Of a stretch of DNA of 24,000 nt, positions 17,601 to 24,000 are shown piece after piece (the stretch's first letter is position 1; every line of letters starts with the position of its first letter). The translations under genes and the position numbers were made by a program. Origin of the DNA: Bryobacteraceae bacterium (lineage in GTDB: Bacteria; Acidobacteriota; Terriglobia; Bryobacterales; Bryobacteraceae). Below the pieces are notes generated by a model, which was not told the origin of the DNA, made no database searches, and saw only the letters and a program-made list of their open reading frames with translations. The stretch lies in NCBI GenBank assembly GCA_035293825.1, contig DATGMC010000009.1:20290-44289 (forward strand), written 5' to 3'.

Positions 17601-17738
17601 GACTTTCACACCCGGCAGAGGCGCACCGGCCTGATCCCGCACCGAGCCCGAAATGGAGCCGCCCACCACCTGCGCTTGCAGAAACGAAGCCAAAACTGTA
17701 AGGCACACAACAACCAGGGGGCGGCGAAACTTCCACAT
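14610..17738 (-). CDS. TonB-dependent receptor-like outer-membrane protein with an N-terminal carboxypeptidase-regulatory-like domain (TBDR-2)
   Basis: 1042-aa ORF. Signal peptide MWKFRRPLVVVCLTVLASFLQAQ. CarboxypepD_reg segment ISGSVRDQAGAPLPGVKVRLINNENGSERTLETDSAGRFVVPSVAVGSYNVEASKTGF. Plug-like region VKELPLNGRSFDNLMTLNP...VSGHRPQENLFLLNGIE. Terminal motif RQVQFGLKLLF. The start is 22 nt downstream of the SulP stop on the same strand. Confidence 0.9.
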   Translation of the reverse strand: MWKFRRPLVVVCLTVLASFLQAQVVGGSISGSVRDQAGAPLPGVKVRLINNENGSERTLETDSAGRFVVPSVAVGSYNVEASKTGFQTQIKAGVNLVVGQAAQVELVLPVGEVHEVVTVEDQPEAVSVTTQQTSGLVNEKQVKELPLNGRSFDNLMTLNPATVNYTSQRSGGIGTSNSAVGNMFAVSGHRPQENLFLLNGIEYTGASEINNTPGGTSGQLLGVDAVREFNVVTDTYGAEYGKRPGAQVSIVTASGSNQLHGSLYEFLRNSDLDARNFFDQKIPQFQRNEFGGALGGPIKRNKLFLFGNYEGFRQHLGLSDVTFVPDNATRNSAKISPAAKELLALWPVQNGPSLGGGIGLAYSNPLQTIREDFGTTRLDYNISDRDTFFGVYTIDDSGANTPSQNPLSGVFETLREQVASVQEQHVFSPSVLNTARFGFSRAGYFFTGTTPVDVPGWVAGDPIGAVVIGGGTALNGASQISLGGTNAGSNLSAVRNLFTYDDHIAINKGIHQIEAGVWLQRIQANDNLAQYQYGQASFSSLAAFLKGTVSTFTVIPSPTPLGWRSLEGAVFVQDAIRPVRGLELRVGFRFESTNGWNEAHGRGANYTFPNGVIATDPRIASSAFTVNRAKFLPEPRFGFAWDPFGKSKTVINGGFGIYRFLLDNLDYRLDQTAPFNATQTLKNVPLSALQIVPGQALPASGKISPSGIQPDAYTPTILSWTFKVQQEIAPNTALSVGYAGSHGYHEILSLDANEPFPSFTANGSVYYPQNAVLANPKLANTTSWFSEGVSSFNALEIDLTRRFTNGLQLRGAYTFSKSLDDGTAWNSSVASNAPGFVMFPLNPKWDYGLSTTDVRHLATINGTYELPLGRGKKFLGGVEGWRDKLASGWSISAIESVQSGLPFTPQLGYNPTNNGDSRNPIRPSWNPAFTGNLMLGSPNLYFDPNAFVSPASGTYGNVGRDTLIGPGIVSLDASLLKNTSITERVRLQFRAEFFNALNHVNFSTPNPVVFTAANSAPSPTAGVITATSTTSRQVQFGLKLLF

Positions 17739-17760
17739 CGTGGACCGCAGGATAGCAGAG

Positions 17761-19062
17761 CTATTTAGATATTGTCAATCGGGATGGTAGATATGGCGTC
17801 CCCGCCGTATGGCTCGCTCCCTGCACCCGCGCTGCCCCGTATCGCAAAACATAGAAGACACACCCGAGCGCGACGGCCATCACCGCGTTCACCACGAGCG
17901 TCGCCAGGGCCGTTGTGAGAAACGCCAGCGCATCCACCCGGCTCATCTTCGGCAACCGCCGCCAGGTGCCCCACTCGAGCAGACAGATGCCGATGTACGC
18001 CGTCACCCCGGCCAGCGCCGGCAGCGGAATATGGGCAATCCAGGGGCCCCCGATTGCCAGAAAGCCGATGATAAATACGGCGTGGAACAGATTCGAAAGC
18101 CGCGTAGTCGCTCCGCAGCGCACGCTGGCCAGACTCCGCGCCGGAATGCCGACGCTCATCGGAGCCGCAAAGATCGCCGCCACGATATTGGCCAGTCCGT
18201 ACGCGCCTAGTTCGGAGTCCGCATCGCTTCGTTTCAAATGCCTGTGCCGGCCGCGAAAATGCTCCACCACGCGCGATGTGATCAGCAGGTTTACGCCCGA
18301 GACAAACGCCAGTCCCAGGGCCGATGGCAGCACCTCGAATACATCCTGCGGTGCCCAGGCAAAACCGGCAAATGGAGGCACACTGAGCGGCAGCCGTCCG
18401 ATCTCGCGCGTATGCCACCCGAAAATCGCCGCTGTTCCCATCGCCAGCAGTACACCAAGCAGCGGCGCCGGTGCCTTTGGCAAGAACCGCGTGCAGGCGA
18501 GCGCCGCCACGATCACCAAGGCGCTCAGCATCAGCGCGCTCAGCTGCGCATCTCGCACATGCGCCAGCACCTGCCAGCTCTGATACAGCATGTTGTTCGA
18601 GGTGCGATCGACCGGCGCGCGCAGGCCCATCATCATGCCGAGTTGCGAAAGGATCATCATCGCGCCCACCCCGCACGAAAATCCCGTCACCACCGGCTGC
18701 GGAATCTTCTGGATAAACCGGCCCATCCGCAGGAAACAAAACACCAGCAGGAACACCGAAGCCGCCAGACACACCTTTGCGGCGCCTCCCGACCCCTGCG
18801 AGCGTACTGCCTGCGCGATGAAGGGCACGGTTGCGCTCGCGGTTCCTCCGATCAGCACCGGGTTGCGCCCGAGCAGCGCCGTCACGGGAGCCGTCGCCAC
18901 CGAAGTCACCAGACCGAGCACCGGCGGCAATCCCATCAGCGCTGCCATCGACAGTCCATAAGGCATCGCGATCAGCGCCGCTACCGCGCCTCCGCTTACA
19001 TCGCCGGCCAGCGTTCGCCACGTGTATCGATCCCGGGTTTGCCGGATCTGAAAAGCCAGCAC
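17761..19062 (-). CDS. SulP-family anion transporter, transmembrane domain only (no C-terminal STAS domain)
   Basis: 433-aa ORF. GTG start at 19062 preceded by GGAAGGAGAAGC. SulP-like N-terminus LAGDVSGGAVAALIAMPYGLSMAALMGLPPVLGLVTSVATAPVTALLGRNPVLIGG. The protein is hydrophobic throughout and ends ...VLRYGAARVQGASHTAGTPYLPSRLTISK without an STAS-like region. The competing same-strand ORF 17765-19021 is Arg/Gly-rich junk. Confidence 0.82.
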   Translation of the reverse strand: MLAFQIRQTRDRYTWRTLAGDVSGGAVAALIAMPYGLSMAALMGLPPVLGLVTSVATAPVTALLGRNPVLIGGTASATVPFIAQAVRSQGSGGAAKVCLAASVFLLVFCFLRMGRFIQKIPQPVVTGFSCGVGAMMILSQLGMMMGLRAPVDRTSNNMLYQSWQVLAHVRDAQLSALMLSALVIVAALACTRFLPKAPAPLLGVLLAMGTAAIFGWHTREIGRLPLSVPPFAGFAWAPQDVFEVLPSALGLAFVSGVNLLITSRVVEHFRGRHRHLKRSDADSELGAYGLANIVAAIFAAPMSVGIPARSLASVRCGATTRLSNLFHAVFIIGFLAIGGPWIAHIPLPALAGVTAYIGICLLEWGTWRRLPKMSRVDALAFLTTALATLVVNAVMAVALGCVFYVLRYGAARVQGASHTAGTPYLPSRLTISK

Positions 19063-19143
19063 GCTTCTCCTTCCTGTGCAGAAAAAGCGACGAAGCTGAT
19101 CGTTTGCGCCGGACGTGGGCGCCTCAAAGTAACTCGAAGATGT

Positions 19144-20316
19144 CTAGGCGTTGTAGACTTTGGCGAACGCACTCTTGAATTTCGCCATGTCGTCTTTACT
19201 GCCCACCGTGACGCGTACCCAGTTCGGCCACACCGGCCAGACGCGCCCGATGTAGACGTTCTGCGCGGCCATGGCTTTGTAGAATTCCGCCCCCGGCCGT
19301 TTAGCGTTCATCATGAAGCAGTTGCTTTCCGAAGGAATGAACTCCACGCTGCGCGCCGCGAGCCAGCTGAAGGTATCCTCGCGGATATCGCCGATAGCCT
19401 TCCGCCGTTCGGGCACCAGGTTCTTCGACCGTACGCTGACCGTTGCGCCGACCATCGACGTAATCGGCATCGCTCCCGCGCTGTAAGGCGTAATCTTGCG
19501 CAGCAGATCGGGACGCGCGAATGCCGCTCCAGCGCGCAGCCCCGCCATGCCGTAGAGTTTCGAGAACGTGCGCAGAATGATGACGTCTTTCCCGGCCGCC
19601 ACCATATCGCTGCACGGTACGGCACTGGGCGAGATGTGAATATAAGCTTCGTCGATCATCACCACCGATCCGGCCGGCTTATTAGCGACCAAGTACTCGA
19701 TATCGGCGCGGTTGGTGAGTGTTCCGGTCGGGTTATTCGGGTTGCAGATATAGAACAGTCCCGCATTCGGCGCAGCCGCCAGCATCGCCTTCACATCGTG
19801 ATCCCACGTACCCTTGCGCAGCGGCACATTTACCGTCTTCGCGCCGATAAACTTCGCCGCGCGCTCGCCCGCTTCGTAGCCCGGATCCGCCTTTACAAAC
19901 GGCCGCTCCTTCGAGCAGAATGCGAGCACTGCCTGGTGCAGCGGTGCGCTCGATCCAGCGAAAATTTCTACCATGCTCTCGTGCGGATCGTAGCTCGACT
20001 TCAATCCTTCGACTTCGGCCATCGCCTCGGCCAGCGTGTACGTCTCCTCGTACATGTAGCGGCCGCCCTTCTTCACCGAGTTATAAATAGCGTCCGCCGC
20101 CTCCGGACTCGGGCCCATCGGATTTTCGTTGGCGTTGATCTTCACCGCATCGGCCGGCATGTTCTTCACCATCGAAAGCTGCGCCAGAGCGCGCTCGTTG
20201 TAGAAAGGCAGCGTGGCGCCCGCGGTCAGAACCGTTGCAATCCGCCCAAAACTACGGCGTGAAAAGCCGCGCCGCAGGAAATCCCGTCTCTGATCCACCG
20301 TCAGAACAGATGCCAT
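19144..20316 (-). CDS. HisC-like class I/II pyridoxal-phosphate-dependent aminotransferase with an N-terminal twin-arginine (Tat) signal peptide
   Basis: 390-aa ORF. ATG at 20316 preceded by AGGAGA (8-nt spacer). N-terminus MASVLTVDQRRDFLRRGFSRRSFGRIATVLTAGATLPFYNERALAQ has RRDFLR and SRRSF motifs, a hydrophobic region and ALA-Q. The mature part has the HisC-family motifs INANENPMGPSP and RTFSKLYGMAGLRAGAAF (PLP lysine context). Confidence 0.85.
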   Translation of the reverse strand: MASVLTVDQRRDFLRRGFSRRSFGRIATVLTAGATLPFYNERALAQLSMVKNMPADAVKINANENPMGPSPEAADAIYNSVKKGGRYMYEETYTLAEAMAEVEGLKSSYDPHESMVEIFAGSSAPLHQAVLAFCSKERPFVKADPGYEAGERAAKFIGAKTVNVPLRKGTWDHDVKAMLAAAPNAGLFYICNPNNPTGTLTNRADIEYLVANKPAGSVVMIDEAYIHISPSAVPCSDMVAAGKDVIILRTFSKLYGMAGLRAGAAFARPDLLRKITPYSAGAMPITSMVGATVSVRSKNLVPERRKAIGDIREDTFSWLAARSVEFIPSESNCFMMNAKRPGAEFYKAMAAQNVYIGRVWPVWPNWVRVTVGSKDDMAKFKSAFAKVYNA

Positions 20317-20571
20317 AAAAGAGTTCTCCTAACCTGCTCGAAAATTGGACACGATCAAAGCGATGCGGCGCTGATGAAATGAAAATCTCGCAGACCGCTC
20401 GCTCATGCAAGCAAGTAGGGCGTGCCGCGAATGCGCGCCCGGCCGGAACGGGGGCAACACCTCGAGAAGCTCTGGGACCGCTGCAACCATGGGGAGCGGG
20501 CGCTTCGGAGGATATTTGAGAAAGAGTGTATCATCATTGCGCCTCATTTGCGCAACCGTTTCGAAAAAGTT

Positions 20572-21225
20572 TCAGCGCTCAACCGGCAAAACAGCTCTGG
20601 CGATCGCCTCGCGCGCCTTGTCAGAGAGGGTCAACTTACCTTCGAGCATCTCGCGAGCCGACAGGCTTTCTTTCGTAATGCCCGTTTTCGTATGCTTGGC
20701 GCGATGCGACAGCATGTGATAGACCTCGTGCGCCATTACGGTCCCCAAAGCCGCCCCATACGTAGCCTGGTAGCGGTCCGGTGCGCCTTTACCTAAGACA
20801 CGCTCGAGCGACTCACGTACCTGATCGCACTCCACTTCGCCAAAAGGCAGAATATTGCCATCCGCCGAGTAAGCCATCGCAAGCGGACCGCGCTCGTCCG
20901 ATAAAGCCCCGACAGGGAGCGGATTCGGTGCCGGCCGAGCCGCCATCGTGCAGTGCCCTTTCATGTTGAACACCACCACGTCGGTGTATTCTTCGCGCGC
21001 GTTCGCGTCCTTGCGCTCCCGCACTTCTACCTGCAATCCCGCCTCGGCGAGAAGACTGCGAAGCTGGCGCTCGAGCGCGCTGAACGACGGGGCTGAGTAA
21101 GGGTGTTCGTAACGAAGCAGAACCGTGAGGTTGGGGCGCGTATCGTGTGCCTCTTCCGCTGTACCGAGCCGGACGAGTGCCGGTAAGGCGGCAATCATCA
21201 CGCAACCGAGCGTAAGAACTCGCAC
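20572..21225 (-). CDS. Secreted hypothetical protein with a single C-terminal HExxH motif (possible minimal zinc metallopeptidase)
   Basis: 217-aa ORF. GTG start at 21225 preceded by AAGAGG (6-nt spacer). Signal peptide MRVLTLGCVMIAALPALVRLGTAEE. HEVYH is encoded at 20716-20730 within GTVMAHEVYHMLSHRAKH. I recognise no family. Confidence 0.6.
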   Translation of the reverse strand: MRVLTLGCVMIAALPALVRLGTAEEAHDTRPNLTVLLRYEHPYSAPSFSALERQLRSLLAEAGLQVEVRERKDANAREEYTDVVVFNMKGHCTMAARPAPNPLPVGALSDERGPLAMAYSADGNILPFGEVECDQVRESLERVLGKGAPDRYQATYGAALGTVMAHEVYHMLSHRAKHTKTGITKESLSAREMLEGKLTLSDKAREAIARAVLPVER

Positions 21226-21353
21226 CGAGAGCCTCTTGTTCTACATGGATCCTTGCGGATCTATTGCAGTATATACCTTTACAGCCATGAGCGCAGTGAG
21301 CCTTCCGGCCTGGCAGGTCGCGGGTAATAACTCGCATCAAAAAAATTACTAAC

Positions 21354-21370
21354 GTAAGTTTCTGACTTAC
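21354..21370. promoter_or_regulatory. Perfect 6-bp inverted repeat GTAAGT-TTCTG-ACTTAC in the divergent promoter region, 3 nt upstream of a TATACT -10-like hexamer; candidate operator for TBDR-3
   Basis: Read directly: 21354-21359 GTAAGT, a 5-nt spacer, 21365-21370 ACTTAC; TATACT at 21374-21379. A further TTAC half-site lies at 21346-21349. This is the most AT-rich patch of the 233-bp intergenic region, about 90 nt upstream of the ATG at 21459. Confidence 0.25.
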
Positions 21371-21458
21371 TGCTATACTCCTGAAACAAAGTTAGTCTCA
21401 TACCTCCCAGTTCGCGGCCCTCGGTCAGCGTACGACCTCCAGGAAGAAAGGAGATTGT

Positions 21459-24000
21459 ATGCTCGTCCGCAAAGCATTTACCGCGTCATTCGCTCTATTC
21501 GGCTTCACACTGCTCAGTTATGCGCAGTCCTATCAGGGAGGCGTGCGCGGCAGCGTTACCGACGCCCAGGGTGCAGCCGTATCCACCGCCAAAATCACTC
21601 TGACTAACATGGGTACCGGCGTCAGCCGCTCAACCCTTGCGGCCGCCAATGGCGATTACGTCTTCAGCAACGTCGACCCGGCCACTTACTCCGTCATCGC
21701 CGAGAGCCCCAGCTTCAAACGTTTCGAGCAGAAAGGCATCAAAGTCGGAACACAGGAATTTGTCACGGTCGATGTCAAGCTCGAAGTCGGTAGTATCAAT
21801 CAGAGCGTTACGGTTACAGAGGAAACACCGCTCATTGAAAACGCCAATGCCTCGCAGGGGCAGGTTCTCGATCGGCAGCAGCTCACCGATCTCCCGAACT
21901 TAGGCCGCAATCCGTTCATGCTTTCGCGTGTCGCGCAGAACGTTATGCCGGTCGGCGATCCCGCTTACAATCGCATGGAGGATCAGAGCGGATCTTCGGC
22001 CATCTCGATTGCGGGAGGGCCCGTGCGCGGTAATAACTACTTACTCGACGGCGTTCCGATCACCGACGCCGACAACCGCGCCATCATCATTCCCAGCATC
22101 GAAGCCGTGCAGGAAGTAAAGGTACAGGCGAATACGTACGACGCTTCGATGGCCCGCACGGGCGGCGGCATGTTCAATACACTGCTCAAGTCCGGAACGA
22201 ACGATTACCACGGCGTCGCTTTCGGCAGCACTCGCCAGACGGGCTGGTCGGCTAATAACTTCTTCAACAATGCTGCCGGCCTGCCGCTGCCGCCGCAATG
22301 GAATTACACGTATGCGCTGGCGCTCGGCGGACGCGTCTGGATTCCGAAGCTCTATGACGGCAAGAACAGAACATTTTTCTGGATTGCGCGCGAAGGCTAC
22401 GACGACACCCAATCCAATTCCTCTCAGCTCTATACCCCGACCACGCTCGAGCGCGCCGGCAACTTTTCTCAGAGCTTCACCTTCGGCGGCGCGCTGCTGC
22501 CGATCTTCGATCCGCGCTCGACCGTTAAGAACGCCAACGGCACCTTTACTCGTACACAGTTTCCGAACAACATCATTCCCGCTTCGCAGTTAAATCCGGT
22601 CGGGCTCGCAATCGCCTCTACTCTTGCGAATCCCGCCTCGACTCCGGCATATTACGGCGCCAACGATCTGACGGTCGCCAGCAGCTTACCGGCACGCGCC
22701 CACCAGACGACTTTCAAACTGGATGAACAGCTTACCGAATGGTGGCATTCCAATCTCAGTTACCTGAGCTATCTGTCGCTTGAGCCGGGCAATACTTACT
22801 TCAATTCGATCTCGACACCCGATCAGTGGCGCTTACTTCGTAATGTCAATGCCACGCAGTTCAACAATACCTTTACTGTCTCGCCCACACTCGTCCTGAC
22901 CGGCCGTTACGGTTTTAATCGCTTCCCGAATTACAGCTATCAGGTCAGTTCCGGAATGAATCTCGCCACCTTGGGTTTTAGCCCGACTTACTCAAGCGAA
23001 GTCATCTCGCCGACCTTCCCCATCGTCGGCTTCTCCAATGTCTACTCCAGCATCGGCGGGCTTGGCACAAACAGCGATTCGTATTACGTCCACTATTCCT
23101 ACAACGCCTCGATGAGCGCCGCGAAATACATGGGCCGTCACAGTCTGACCGGCGGCTTCGACTGGCGCAAGATCAACACCAGCGGTCTGGACTACGGCGC
23201 AGGCGGCGGCGACTTCAATTTCAACGGCATCTGGACACAATCCGCAACCGGCACGGGCGGCGCCGATCTGGCCGATATGCTTGTTGGCCTGCCGCACGAT
23301 GCCTCCATTACGATCCCGACCAAACTAACCGATTACGCCACTTACTATGGCGCCTGGCTGCAGGACGATTTTCGAATGACCACGCATCTTACTTTGAACT
23401 TCGGCCTGCGCTGGGAGCACGAGCCGGGTCTGCAGGAAACGAATGGCGGTATGGTGACCGGATTTCTGCCGGACGCCGTCAATCCCATCCAATCGCAGGT
23501 GCCTGGCCTGGCAACTACCGGCCTCGTGGAATTTGCCGGGCAGAATGGCGCGCCTTCTACCATCGGCAATCCGAACTGGAGTAAGTGGGGACCCCGCGCC
23601 GGTTTCGCCTGGCAGTTGAATGACAAGACCGTCCTGCGGGGCGGATATGGACTCTTCTGGGCTCCTCCGTTCGGCATCGGCGCTCCCATCCAGACGGCCG
23701 GCTACTACGCAACAACCACTAACACGTTCACCACGGATGGTTACCAGACTCCAACCTCCACTCTCACCAACCCCTTCCCCAACGGTCTAAATCAGCCCGT
23801 CGGGCGAGGGCTCGGAGCACTCGCGGGCGTGGGTCAAAGCATTACTTTCGCCGATCCGTCCTCCCGTGCTCCGCGCGTTCAGCAGTTCTCGTTCGATGTG
23901 CAGCGCGAGTTGCCCAGCGGCATCTCGGTAGAAGTAGGTTATGTCGGCTCGCGCAGCTCTCATCTAACTACCATGAGCGGTAACTTGAACATCAACGCTC
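21459..24000 (+). CDS. TonB-dependent receptor-like outer-membrane protein with an N-terminal carboxypeptidase-regulatory-like domain (TBDR-3); 3' end beyond the window
   Basis: Not in the ORF track because there is no stop in the window. ATG at 21459 preceded by AAAGGAG (21447-21453). Translation: MLVRKAFTASFALFGFTLLSYAQSYQGGVRGSVTDAQGAAVSTAKITLTNMGTGVSRSTLAAANGDYVFSNVDPATYSVIAESPSFKRFEQKGIKV...LTDLPNLGRNPFML.... I hand-translated this frame only at the 5' end and near the window end, where it reads ...YVGSRSSHLTTMSGNLNINA. All + strand track ORFs in this span are in a different frame. Confidence 0.85.
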   Translation, partial: MLVRKAFTASFALFGFTLLSYAQSYQGGVRGSVTDAQGAAVSTAKITLTNMGTGVSRSTLAAANGDYVFSNVDPATYSVIAESPSFKRFEQKGIKVGTQEFVTVDVKLEVGSINQSVTVTEETPLIENANASQGQVLDRQQLTDLPNLGRNPFMLSRVAQNVMPVGDPAYNRMEDQSGSSAISIAGGPVRGNNYLLDGVPITDADNRAIIIPSIEAVQEVKVQANTYDASMARTGGGMFNTLLKSGTNDYHGVAFGSTRQTGWSANNFFNNAAGLPLPPQWNYTYALALGGRVWIPKLYDGKNRTFFWIAREGYDDTQSNSSQLYTPTTLERAGNFSQSFTFGGALLPIFDPRSTVKNANGTFTRTQFPNNIIPASQLNPVGLAIASTLANPASTPAYYGANDLTVASSLPARAHQTTFKLDEQLTEWWHSNLSYLSYLSLEPGNTYFNSISTPDQWRLLRNVNATQFNNTFTVSPTLVLTGRYGFNRFPNYSYQVSSGMNLATLGFSPTYSSEVISPTFPIVGFSNVYSSIGGLGTNSDSYYVHYSYNASMSAAKYMGRHSLTGGFDWRKINTSGLDYGAGGGDFNFNGIWTQSATGTGGADLADMLVGLPHDASITIPTKLTDYATYYGAWLQDDFRMTTHLTLNFGLRWEHEPGLQETNGGMVTGFLPDAVNPIQSQVPGLATTGLVEFAGQNGAPSTIGNPNWSKWGPRAGFAWQLNDKTVLRGGYGLFWAPPFGIGAPIQTAGYYATTTNTFTTDGYQTPTSTLTNPFPNGLNQPVGRGLGALAGVGQSITFADPSSRAPRVQQFSFDVQRELPSGISVEVGYVGSRSSHLTTMSGNLNINA

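Noticed and set aside
476-17768. Other long alternative-frame or antisense ORFs. Examples: 476-1273 minus, 1522-1966 minus, 3314-3844 plus, 4599-5288 minus, 5292-6209 minus, 12987-13514 minus, 13114-13737 plus, 14742-15683 plus, 15939-16979 plus, 17397-17768 plus.
   Set aside because: All are nested in or opposite genes with strong family signatures. Their translations are compositionally skewed (Arg/Pro/Ala/Ser-rich), and none has a motif, signal peptide or SD that I could see.
17765-19021. A 418-aa minus-strand ORF on the same strand as SulP but in another frame.
   Set aside because: The product is Arg/Gly/Ala-rich (MANAGRRCKRRRGSGADRD...) with no hydrophobic segments. The overlapping frame 17761-19062 encodes a coherent SulP homologue with an SD-preceded start.
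18238-20262. A 674-aa + strand ORF, among the longer ORFs in the track.
   Set aside because: It lies antisense to two well-supported minus-strand genes (SulP and the aminotransferase) and runs straight across their intergenic gap. Its translation is Arg/His/Gln-rich low-complexity sequence with no motifs. This is a typical shadow ORF of GC-rich DNA.
20329-20547. A 72-aa minus-strand ORF in the 255-bp gap between the HExxH-protein gene and the aminotransferase gene. I also checked this gap for a riboswitch-like leader.
   Set aside because: There is no SD, its ATG sits inside a hairpin, and the product is Pro/Arg-rich with no motif. I could not recognise any riboswitch consensus. The gap is more likely promoter or 5' UTR for the aminotransferase.
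20537-20555. Hairpin TTGCGC-CTCATTT-GCGCAA, 17 nt downstream of the HExxH-protein stop; a possible intrinsic terminator.
   Set aside because: The stem is only 6 bp and no U-tract follows on the transcribed (minus) strand. I therefore did not list it as a terminator.
1-24000. I scanned by eye for CRISPR-like spaced repeats, long tandem or terminal inverted repeats, tRNA/rRNA genes, integrase, transposase or phage genes, and toxin-antitoxin or known defence gene pairs.
   Set aside because: I found none. Composition looks uniform apart from the short AT-richer intergenic patches, so there is no evidence that this window is a mobile or accessory island.

Overview
GC-rich, tightly packed chromosomal window. 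I found no rRNA, tRNA, CRISPR array, transposase or integrase gene, or obvious tandem repeat. I call 15 protein-coding genes: 13 complete, one running off the right edge, and one tentative 33-codon gene start at the left edge. Two are missing from the supplied ORF track: a 55-aa membrane protein at 14440-14607 (below the track's size cutoff) and an open-ended TonB-dependent receptor from 21459 to the right edge. The gene content looks like Acidobacteriota to me: an ADOP-type duplicated MacB/FtsX orphan permease, plus three paralogous outer-membrane receptors with an N-terminal carboxypeptidase-regulatory-like domain. Gene order: [partial secreted protein <-] HtrA/DegP -> <- ADOP permease | TBDR-1 -> <- membrane protein <- CreD | GMC flavoprotein -> Tat small subunit -> TIM-barrel/CBM protein -> <- metallothionein-like | lmo0937-like small membrane protein -> <- TBDR-2 <- STAS-less SulP <- Tat-signal aminotransferase <- HExxH secreted protein | TBDR-3 ->. 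I see no recognisable defence, toxin-antitoxin or mobile system. Four items most deserve a second look. (1) A GMC dehydrogenase plus Tat hitch-hiker subunit module has no cytochrome c partner; its third gene encodes a TIM-barrel protein interrupted by a CBM-like domain. (2) A same-strand cluster encodes a Tat-exported HisC-like PLP aminotransferase, a SulP transporter lacking its STAS domain, and a TonB-dependent receptor. (3) A 51-aa SmtA/BmtA-like bacterial metallothionein is hidden inside a longer track ORF. (4) A small secreted protein carries a lone HExxH motif. All functional calls rest on recognising motifs and families by eye. Nothing was checked against a database.
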